This document shows, piece after piece, positions 12,801-22,200 of a DNA stretch of 64,000 bases. The notes below the pieces were generated by a model, which saw only the letters and a list, made by a program, of their open reading frames with translations, did not search any database and had not been told where the DNA came from. The stretch covers positions 40,176,001 to 40,240,000 of the forward strand of contig OZ296648.1 in NCBI GenBank assembly GCA_965655095.1, in the 5' to 3' direction. The stretch is from Haplodiscus bocki. Taxonomy: Eukaryota. Position 1 is the stretch's first letter, and every line of letters begins with the position of its first letter. A program made the position numbers and the translations under genes.

Positions 12801-14315
12801 TCATTTCTGGTTGAAGTTGCGAAGGAACGATTCCAGTTGAGGTGCTGTTGCTGGCATAGGCATCCGCTTCACAGTCCAGGCACCATCGGTGGACATGCAG
12901 CTACTTTCGTCAACCAGAGTCGAACACGAAGACTCGTCAACTCTGGCCGACGACACGAGTCTCTTTGAACTAAGCATGTCTTCATCGTTCAGCAACGAGT
13001 CTTCATTCATTGCGGCAGCAAGAGAGCGAGTACAAATGGACCTAATAGGTGCAACAGTCGTTCTTCGTTTGCTTGGACTTTCCAACACAACGCTCATGTC
13101 AACATCTCTGGGACGTTTAAAAGGACTTTTACTGGGTTCGTCGAGACTAGCAACTCCTTCCATGCGCGATTCTTTCTTTTTCGTAGGCGTGGTAAACCCC
13201 ATGCCTTTCAATGTCTTTTTGTAAGGAGACTTCGGGTTCAACTTTTCAGCAACAGGTAAGCTCTCCAATATTTTTGAAAGCGAAGTTTCGGCAGATGGTT
13301 TGCAATCAGTCATTCTGGGTGCTGCCCAAATTTTGATTTGTCGCTTCCAAGCTCTAACCTTTCCATCCCAGGCTCTTCGACTGTAAGTTTCTTCTTTATT
13401 TGGAGTCACTGGATCTCCATGTTTTCTGCTATCGTAAGGAACAGTTTTGATGTAGAACTGGTATTCCTTGGTGTTCTTCCCAAACGCTACTTGTTTGCTT
13501 CGACGCTGCAGTAATCCTTCAAGGTCTCCAGATTCGACACTATCCATAGTTGTGTTCAAAGAAGTGTCCATTGACACGAAACTGCGATTCCCGCTTTTTA
13601 TGGAATCAACTTCGTCCATCATGTCGGCCCAGGAATCAGACGCGAATTTATGAAAATTCAAATCATAGTCACTTGGAACTTTGGTAGCATCTCTTTCGTT
13701 CTTTTTGCCGAATAAATTCGTGTTCACTTTGCTAGGTTCAGGCGAGGAGGAATCAATGCGGCGAAGAGATGATCTGTTGGAAACCAGAGGACTTTGGGTC
13801 GGAAGATTCAACTTTCTAAACGAACTCTGACTTGCTTTGGCAACCTTGGCTACAGGACTTGACGTCACAGGTGACCGGACTCCGGAAGGGTTCTGCACAG
13901 CTCGCTTGGCCCAAGACCCACTAGGAGGTTGAATGACATTCGCATTGGAGCCCGCTGACAGGCTTGGGAAATCTCTGGACGAAGGAGAACTGAAATTCAA
14001 CGTTGTTTGTCTTGTTTGCTTTGGTACTTTAATTTCATTGTTCCGTCTCTTCTCATTTTTCGTTTCCGCGCTCTCACTTGGAACATTTTCAGAACTTTTC
14101 ATCACTTCTGCTCTGTTGTGGGCTGATGCTCGACCTTTTCTAGACGATGTCGCGAAACGAGGTCTTTGTGAACTCTTGTAAGAGAAATGCAATCCAATTT
14201 CGTCGGCAAGTTCCGCATTGCAAGTTGCAAGAACGTTTTCTTTACAATCTGAGCCAACTTCAACCTCTGATTGACCCGCAGCTGAGTTCGCAGATGTTGG
14301 AAAACCTCGCTTCAT
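12801..14315 (-). CDS. SLBP: Histone RNA hairpin-binding protein (stem-loop binding protein), ~504 aa, single coding exon
   Basis: The RNA-binding domain LLQRRSKQVAFGKNTKEYQFYIKTVPYDSRKHGDPVTPNKEETYSRRAWDGKVRAWKRQIKIW (~13326-13514) aligns with the SLBP RBD: RRxKQxxxGKNT, TPNK at 13395-13406, YSRRxWD, W..W. Upstream SDSWADMMDE (13611-13640) matches the SLBP DWxxxxEE-type translation-activation motif. Start is placed at ATG 14315 because a polypyrimidine acceptor (gtatttttcag) lies 10 nt upstream. Confidence 0.93.
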   Translation of the reverse strand: MKRGFPTSANSAAGQSEVEVGSDCKENVLATCNAELADEIGLHFSYKSSQRPRFATSSRKGRASAHNRAEVMKSSENVPSESAETKNEKRRNNEIKVPKQTRQTTLNFSSPSSRDFPSLSAGSNANVIQPPSGSWAKRAVQNPSGVRSPVTSSPVAKVAKASQSSFRKLNLPTQSPLVSNRSSLRRIDSSSPEPSKVNTNLFGKKNERDATKVPSDYDLNFHKFASDSWADMMDEVDSIKSGNRSFVSMDTSLNTTMDSVESGDLEGLLQRRSKQVAFGKNTKEYQFYIKTVPYDSRKHGDPVTPNKEETYSRRAWDGKVRAWKRQIKIWAAPRMTDCKPSAETSLSKILESLPVAEKLNPKSPYKKTLKGMGFTTPTKKKESRMEGVASLDEPSKSPFKRPRDVDMSVVLESPSKRRTTVAPIRSICTRSLAAAMNEDSLLNDEDMLSSKRLVSSARVDESSCSTLVDESSCMSTDGAWTVKRMPMPATAPQLESFLRNFNQK

Positions 14316-14325
14316 TTTCTGTGAT

Positions 14326-14350
14326 CTGAAAAATACATGAGAAAAACAGT
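14326..14350 (-). promoter_or_regulatory. Splice acceptor 10 nt upstream of the SLBP ATG
   Basis: Minus strand reads actgtttttctcatgtatttttcag/atcacagaaaATG, with the AG at 14327-14326. Confidence 0.65.
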
Positions 14351-15670
14351 CTTCGAAGATTTTTACAGCATAAATTGGGTGCATGTTTTAGTGTCTCCAA
14401 AACTTTCCTAGATATGTTTAGCGACAACTCAATGCCATATTAGATGAAATGGCTCTCTACAGTTCCCAGCTGGTTCGAAAATAAATTCGTGTTCATCAAG
14501 CAAAACAGTTTATTTCCGTCTGCACTATTGAACACACGACCATAAATTTAATGCGAAGCATTAAAAAATTCCTATTTACGATCGGCAACAAAATCCGACG
14601 TCTTGAGTTAGTAAAAGTAGGATTAATGCGACCCAGAAGTGGCGAAAGTTGGCAACAAAAGGCACAGTGATGTCATCAAACAAATGCCAAAGAACATTGA
14701 ATTTCTACGTGGCTGATATTATTCTGATGGAAACATTATTCAAAACAATCTCATTTTCAAAACATCATTTAGTCAGAAAGATGAAAAAAACATCATTATT
14801 CCAAAAACAGCAAAATCATTTCCTCTTGGATGTAAATTTGATCCTAGTTGTCTCGATATCATCTGACAGAATAGAGGGATAATCCTTCCCAGATGCCAAC
14901 AAACCAGGCAACTTAGAAAAATCTACAAATTTCCTTTCGTTGCACTTGACATTTAATCAACGTACCTTTAATTTTTTCATTGCAGACTATATTAAAATAA
15001 GTTTCGGCAAAATTCTTCTTTGTACATATAAACTCTGCTGCTGAAGATTAATATTGTTTATGGAAAGTCAAAGAAGTTTGTGAACAAGGAAGATACTTGC
15101 AGCCAGAAATTACACGTTTTGTATAGAATGATTAGAATCGTGTTCGGATGGTTCTGAATGTGGTTGCCGGAAATTATGTGCCCAGATTTTGAGATAAAGT
15201 GGATATTTTAAACTACACAATTTACTAGGACGCCAAGAAATTATATTAATTTTTCGGATGAGTTAATAATTGGCGACATTAACTCATGGAAATTGCATTC
15301 CAAGGTAAATTGACCTCAAATTGGTGAGTCATTGTATACAAATCAAGCACAACAGTCAGCGTCGATACATTGGGGAAATTACAATGAGCAGTTAATAATG
15401 CCTTTGGAATGGACTTTTGTAATTATCAGGCGTTAGTTACTTGAAATAGAAAACCATCCTAAAATGCATCCAACATTCCCTGAAGATTCGAACCAATACA
15501 AAATCTGATCAAGAATTAAATAAGACTCAATTAACAATATCAAACGAGGCCTGATTATTGAATAATGCAGCACATATAGCTAACATACTAAAATTTCAAT
15601 ATTTTTTTACACGTTTTCACAATTACTTGACCAGTTGTCGTTTACTGTTGAACATAATAATATTGATTCA

Positions 15671-15982
15671 TCAGAATTTCATGGCGCCAATTTGGAAAGT
15701 CTTCTTTGAAGGTGTAACAGACTGCGTTTTCTTCCTGGCGGCATGAGTGGGTTTTTCTTGATTGGAAAATATATCATTGTTCAGAATTTCTGTGCTGCCC
15801 ATGACTTTCACGGCCCAACCATCAGACCCAAAAATGAGATCGTCCAACAATTTAGCAAGAATAAGGAGCACCACAGCAATGGTAAGTCCTATGAAAAACA
15901 CAGCGGACCCAAAAAGAGAAGCTTTGAAAGCCTCCGTAACTGTGATAGAGGGACTCGCCGTAGAGTTAAGTCCCGCTCCCAT
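15671..15982 (-). CDS. Candidate small single-pass membrane protein (103 aa)
   Basis: True ATG start, an N-terminal NST sequon, one hydrophobic stretch (LFGSAVFFIGLTIAVVLLILAKLL) and a basic polar tail. GC-richer than its flanks. An acceptor-like acgacag/gtg lies 54 nt upstream (exon start 16036). No homolog recognised. Confidence 0.5.
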   Translation of the reverse strand: MGAGLNSTASPSITVTEAFKASLFGSAVFFIGLTIAVVLLILAKLLDDLIFGSDGWAVKVMGSTEILNNDIFSNQEKPTHAARKKTQSVTPSKKTFQIGAMKF

Positions 15983-17698
15983 ATTGATGATAACTAAACT
16001 AAACTAAACTAGACCCACCAAATCAATAATTTTCACCTGTCGTATTAACAAATGGAATAAGACGAGTTTATAAATACTATTGAAGCAACTAGAAAAGTCG
16101 CAGAGTTATTGTAAAAGTTACGGAATAAATTCAAGATCTACGAGGCGTGATTTGAAAGTACCGGAATGGGCGCAAAATTTTTGGAAGGTAAGTAAAATGA
16201 GTTGAAGAATTGGAGTGGGGGCAGAACAAATTTGAGGAGGCGAGATCGACAGCGATAGGTGTATGGTATTGAAAGTAAGATGCGTGTTGTATGTATGTTC
16301 AACGTGACAGTTCTCAAGATATCATTTTAAGAGTATAAACACAGCTGAACAACTTGTGGTGGCTTCTCTTACAAATCAAAAGCAGGAAAAGGAAAAGCGA
16401 AGAGGAGATTGGATTGAGAGATAACAAACAAGGAAATTAGCGAGAAATAATTGAAGGGAGTAACATTGATGCACAACGACTGCACCTACCTCACCTCCTC
16501 ACACACATGTCACGTCACGCACAAGCTACAGATACAGAGAGGAAAAACGAACCGAACCAACCACAATCTCTCTCTACACCGCCGTCTTCAATTCTACCTC
16601 CAGCAACGTCAATGCTTGCATACACAAAAGCAACAGCAGTAGCACTTCTGGGGGATAAAGCGTTACGGGGGATAGAACAACTAGATTGGGCACAATGCTT
16701 TTCTCTCTTTTTGTAAAAGATTGGATTTCGTTTAATGCTCGCCCCTCAGGGAAGCAGGAATAGAAGCAACTTAGAAGACAGAACGCGTTACTCTGACAGA
16801 TCTGACAACTGAGCAGGAAACGTGTGAACAGAGTTGCAAACAGCAAAATGAATGTCACTTGCGCTGAAAAATTACTTATTTGGGCAAATCCTCAATTCGC
16901 AGAAAAAAAAGAACAATTCATTTCCCAAATGACCCTCAAATGACTTTCTTAAATCCTTTCTTTACCTATCTTACATTAGAGTTTTCTCTAAACCAATCAA
17001 GAACTGAGCTTCTTCATTGATATATTAAGAAACGTCAATCCTTGGGATAATGAAAAATTGCGATTTTCGTCAGCAATTGAATAATCTGTTGATATCGATT
17101 AAGTTACTGAATTTAACGAGTTTCATGTATTCAAAAAGGATTCACGGTTTACTTGCACCAGAAATTAATAAGTAGGGAGAAAAGAAGGGAGAATCAGTTC
17201 CAGGAGCTAATGATCAAAACGAACGCAAAATGCGGAAGGGGTATAAGAGCCTTTGAAAAGAGAAATTTGAGTTGAGAGGCGGGAGTTCTTATAAGGAAGT
17301 ATAATTGGAAACACATTGAATAAACGAAATAGAGGCAAAATAGGAAAGAAAAAGTTGGTCGGCATGTTCAGCGTGATGCTTGAAAGACGGAGCGAAGCAG
17401 TGGTGATTAACCTCAATTGCACTTGGTATCCGTAGCTGTTGTAAGTAAGAGGACAGAGTGTGAATTTGGGTCTGTACAAATCCCGGACAGGACAGGGCGT
17501 GGGAGAAACAGTGGCAAACGGGATTTAATACAGACGCATTGATGTAAGTAAAGATTAACAGTCAGATAATAAAATAGTTAGAAATAGTAGTGCCACAGCC
17601 TAGCAAACCAGGAGGGTAGTAAGCAATGGACTAAGATATGCCATGTCACGCCAGGTAGTAAAGGAAAGAGGAAGTATAATGCCTAGCAGATAACTTAC

Positions 17699-17910
17699 TG
17701 TACCCACACCGCTACCAGAGCAGCTATTAAAATCTGCAAGCGAGAAGAAACACTTCTTATCTTACAGAAATACTGCTTCTGCTGACGTGCCAGTAGCAGA
17801 GGAGGTAAAACAAGAAATTTTGGGAAATATTCAAAGGAGCTGGTGCTGGTCGTCCATCATTCACTACAGACTGAACGCTATAGGGTGTCGTAGGGAGAAC
17901 CGAACTGAGT
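17699..17910 (-). other. Candidate upstream non-coding (5'UTR) exon or promoter region for the minus-strand gene(s)
   Basis: Consensus donor ca/GTAAGT at 17698-17693. The region 16.4-17.9 kb is pyrimidine-rich on the minus strand. It contains a short uORF (MMDDQHQLL*) and a possible 32-nt GT..AG mini-intron at 17734-17765. Confidence 0.3.
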
Positions 17911-18090
17911 TATAGTTAGTTATATGAAGAGGGAACAAATAAGAGTTTCAAATTATGACATGCCTTCATTTATCACATCTACTACTTTTGCGCCTCGCTA
18001 TAATAAAACATCACCAGCACTACATGTAGCAATTATACACCAAGAAAATTTTTATACATTTTTTTTATAAAAAGAGCTACATCAAATGCT

Positions 18091-19300
18091 AACAAAGAGG
18101 CGAGGCTGCGCCTCGCAACACTTGCGAGACCATTATTTACAGCGAAAATATTTTCAAAAAATCCAAAAAACACTCGGACTCACAATCTCTGATGCAGTAA
18201 AACATTCTTTCGCTGAGCCATCGATTACGAAACAATCAGAATTTTGCTGAGCCACACGATGCTGCAACTGCATTCGATTAATTTCAACAGAGGCTCCAGG
18301 TAGCGGGTGAATGAGAAAACTAAGAACGCGAAACGACTACTAAGGATTGAGGACAAAACATTTAAAATTGAGAACGACGAAAGTAGAAGCGTCTTCGATT
18401 TTTCAAATACAAGTCAGCATTTTTCGCAATATAATACATTATCGAAAAATTCCACAAAGACTCTGTCTTGCAGATAGTTGAATCAGCGCTGGATGGATCT
18501 CATCTGACTTCTAGTCATTGAGAAAAACATTTCTAATGAGCACCGAAAGTAAAAAAGGGCAATTTTTCAACCAAAAATCAAGATTATTGGCAATAAAATA
18601 AAAGGCCCTTCAAGCTACGTCACAAAAAGACTAGACCAGAGCTAGTTCAAACAGTGCTGGATGGAACCAATTTGAAAACTAGTTATTGAGAAGAACACTT
18701 TTACTGACACAGAGGCGAAGCTCTGCTTCGCAACGCTAGCGCCAAGGGAATACTGCTGAAAAAATCGACCAAAAACAATTATTTTTGAAGGAGCCACGAT
18801 AGTACGAATACTACAGGTAACAAGTGTACAGAAACTCAGTTAATTCTTATACATTAATATAAAAAAGAGGCTATAATATATCATTCGCTTGATAATTTAT
18901 AAAAAACCATAATGCTCAAGAGACAATTGGACAGTCAATAGAGCGTGCGACTGAGCTGGAAACTGTACCAGGTTCGAGCCCAGGCCACTCTTTCCTCTCT
19001 TTTGTTAAAATCTAGGAATTTGTGCAAGTTGCGAACGGATCGAAAAAAGAATTGTTATAACAAAGACTGATATAACACTTACTTGCGCAAGTGTAAACAA
19101 AGAAAGGAAAGTGAAACCATCCTCGACTTTTCGGAAATAATTGACAATTTTTCGCAGAAAAAACAGGAGAGGACCTTCGAGCTACACCGCCGAAACTATA
19201 GGCTACAGGTAGATGAAGTCGGAATCAGCGACGGATGGATCTTCAATTTTTCAATAACAGAACAAGATTGTTCCACATAAAAATGAAAGGCCCCCCCCCC
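18091..19300. mobile_element. Two adjacent Helitron/Helentron-like repeats, family B (ACA(C/A)AGAGGCGA… terminus with a GC-rich hairpin) with diverged internal tandem units
   Basis: Termini at 18091 and 18707, plus a truncated copy at 5237. Hairpins are gcgaggc-tgc-gcctcgc (18100-18116) and gcgaagc-tct-gcttcgc (18715-18731). An internal motif tagttgaatcagcgctggatgga recurs at ~18476, ~18643 and ~19220, and at ~23106 and ~23248. Confidence 0.5.
18928..18988 (+). repeat. tRNA-derived (SINE-like) fragment embedded in a repeat
   Basis: B-box GGTTCGAGCCC at 18971-18981 with a degenerate A-box upstream. It cannot be folded into a full cloverleaf by eye. Confidence 0.4.
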
Positions 19301-19699
19301 AGATACTCGAGAAACTCTACGCCGAAAGCATTAGAACTAGAGCCGGCTGGAGGCAATCTGACCACAAACATTGCAAAAATAAACTATTTTACCGAACAAC
19401 GAAAGTTATCACGTCTTTGACTTCCATTGGTTCCTTTTTGGTTTGATTTTTTGATTCGCAACAAAAATTGAAACCACGAGTCATCAAGATTCTAATATTT
19501 CTCGATTTCAATGAAAAAATGAATGAAATTGAGCGCTGACCAGTGCATGAGCGACTTAAATCATTGCAGAGAAATGTCATGTATGGTCGGAAAAAAATGA
19601 TGTCTCCTCCCAATTTCAGAAAACTTGCTAATCAACAATGTAAGAGGCGTAGCTGCGATTCGCAAACACTCCCGTTATGGACTTCCTGCTGACAGCTAT

Positions 19700-20900
19700 T
19701 AAAAGATCTCGGACATGTTGGGTACAGCAAATATGACGAAGCCAGCAAACTCTTGAGGTTCAAATTGTTTTACATTCCAAAGCGAATAGATATCATGTTC
19801 GTCTAAAAACATTCAATTTTTGGTTGACTGACACGCAGTAACCGACATGCAATCAGTAGTCACCGAGAACACTTTTCACGAATAACGCAGCATATTCCAA
19901 GAAAGAAACTTAGACGGAAGACGCAAGAAAATCTTGTTGGATTTTCAAGATTACATGTCAACATATTTGATGGAAAGAGAACAAAGAACAGGCCGAATCG
20001 GGCAATCTGAAGATCCAGTAATAAAGAAACACGGAACAAACGCTATATAAACGAATGCGATGAATCGTTTTCAACAGAAACGCTTCTGACGGCAGAGCAA
20101 AGTAAGCAACCCAAGTAAGTACCCCTCAGATTTGCCTACAACAAGCTATAGAATTTTGCCAGAAAAATATGAGCCAGACAATCCCTGTTCATTCATGGAT
20201 GCTTTGGGCAGCAATTACGATTTACCCATGCATTCATAATATCCGACCAATAGCCTTCCAGAAAAATACTTGACGAACGACAAAAACATCTTCGAATTGT
20301 AAACCTCAGGCAATTTTCAGTGGATCGCAACAAAAATTGGGAAAAAACCAACCCGGTCTTTCCAGAAGATCCCGGCAGCAAATAGGTGAATCAGCTCTGG
20401 GTGGATTCAATCCGAGCACAGGTCATCAAGAAACACATTTTTAGCGAAAGACCCAAGAAAAAACATCTTGACGATCTTGTAAATGTAAGTTACGATACTT
20501 CGCTACAAAAGGTGAAAATAGGCCTTTATCGGGGCTCGAATATTGAAGCATTTGAAAACGAATGGGACTGTATGGATAACAAAATCTATGAGTAGAGAAA
20601 AGTTGTCTTCCGGTATTTTCAAACAATTTGATGGAGAATACAGAAAATGATTCAGAAAAATGAATTCCACCAGAAATATTCATTCCAGAAATAAATGACT
20701 GCTGATTCAGGGCTCTGTGAGTAAAATCGAACAAACCGTTGTGGGGAAATTCCATTTTCAAAATCAATCAAAGTCTACAAATACTGCGTTTTCATTTTCA
20801 AACTACGCTGTCACGACAACGAAAAGAATTGCAAACCTTTCAACCAAGGAGTCTTGTGGAAACGACAAACTCTTGACAAAATATTCGATAAACAAGGCAA
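19700..20900 (+). mobile_element. Decayed Penelope-like element reverse transcriptase
   Basis: Collinear remnants: NLVGFSRLH (~19932, cf. FYGLPKIHK), QQAIEF (~20140), NIFEL…ATKIGKKPTRSF (~20285-20362, cf. GTAMGTKMAPSY), KKHLDDLV (~20458, YxDD position) and FHFQN…KRI (~20749-20830). Many stops and frameshifts. Confidence 0.5.
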
Positions 20901-21367
20901 GAGGCCCGTTATAGAAATCTTTTCCCGAATCATCAATTACAAAAAAGTTTTCTGTCACATCTGAAAAAACTCGCATAAAATAAACCGCAGAAAATTGCCA
21001 GAGCTCAGTTTTGCTTTAAAAGCTCGAATCACAAAAATGAAGTAAACGCAACCGAGATAACTATTTTGAGTTGTTTTCAGCAACAAGACACGGTTTTGTG
21101 TGAAATTAGGGCGTGAAGGTCCAAAAAACTTCACACTATAGATTTCCTATAAAACATTCAATGATTTACGGTAAACTGCGATATGTCCTATGATGGATTT
21201 TTCATTCATACGCAACTAAAGGCAAAATTAGAAAAAAGAGCAGAAATTACCTAACATATAATAGCCATTTCAAAAAGCTAGTTTGAAATTGGCTCGAAAT
21301 ATGATATCACAAGCAAAGTTCGAAAATTCTGCAAGAATAGCATTTTCTTACTGACTGGAAAAACGGT

Positions 21368-21560
21368 AACAAGCCAAGAATGGCGGGAGTCAGAATCGCC
21401 CATATGGCTCAAAATACTCAGAGGACGGATTTGAGTTTGCAGAAAAGCACGTTGGTATACTTTTTGGTACAAAATTTACAAAAACAAAGCGAATGCTGTA
21501 ATTCGAGTGTTCTACTTCTCGGTTTGGTAATTTTTTTTGAAAATAGGTAGATTTTTTGAT
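21368..21560. mobile_element. Non-autonomous Helentron/DINE-1-like repeat, family C (begins AACAAGCCAAGAATGGC)
   Basis: The terminus aacaagccaagaatggc…gagtc…tatgg.tcaaaatactca is near-identical to the copy at 31430. Related termini occur at 31271, 29612 and 1858. Only the recognisable terminal part is delimited. Confidence 0.55.
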
Positions 21561-21884
21561 ATAGTCCGCGCTACAAACAGTAAACATCTTTCGTATAAAA
21601 GCTAAAAAAACAGCTGATGCTTGGATTTGAACGCACTACTTGTCGATTCGGTAAATTTTCTAAGGTGGCATCGCGAAAAAAATTCATACCTAAGGTGCAG
21701 ATTTCCTTCGAAAAAAGGTATATTTTGGAATAGTTTCCGGTATAAAACATTTTTGCCGAAAAATTTCGATAAAGACGTATTCTCAAACAACATTTCAATA
21801 AGCCCTCTAATATTCGCCGCTCGATTTTCGGCCAATATTCGTGTGTAAGCACACCTAACGAGCGGAAAGTGGAGTGGCGGGTAT

Positions 21885-22200
21885 TCCAGGGAAAACTAGG
21901 TACTAAACCTATTCTTTGGACAACATAGTTTCTGTTTTTGACGGAAACTCAGTAAACGAAAAAAAGAAATTCAGTAAACTCTCGATTATCCGCCAACATC
22001 CGTTCGGGAATTCGCAGATCGACTTGTTGCGAATCCAAGTAACGGATACTGGGCAGGAAATAGGATAGTACAATTGTTCTTTTCGAGACCACAGTTTCCG
22101 TGTTAAGAAAACTCAGTGTACCAAAGAAGAAATTCAGTAAACCGATTTTCCAACATTCGCGCATTCGTAGAACTAATTGGCGGAAATTCGAATGTCGGAA
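21885..22200. repeat. Diverged tandem dimer, period about 163 bp
   Basis: aaactcagt…aagaaattcagtaaac…gatt occurs at ~21945-21987 and ~22109-22146, and the flanks are also similar. Confidence 0.55.

Noticed and set aside
12765-14329. Plus-strand ORFs overlapping SLBP
   Set aside because: Antisense shadows of the real minus-strand CDS.
14316-14384. First 23 codons of the 527-aa ORF (ATG at 14384) as the SLBP N-terminus
   Set aside because: They span a polypyrimidine tract and AG acceptor, so they are more likely intron plus 5'UTR. ATG 14315 is preferred.
18928-18988. Functional tRNA gene
   Set aside because: Only the B-box is good, there is no complete acceptor or anticodon stem, and it is embedded in a repeat. 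The same applies to 31556-31620.
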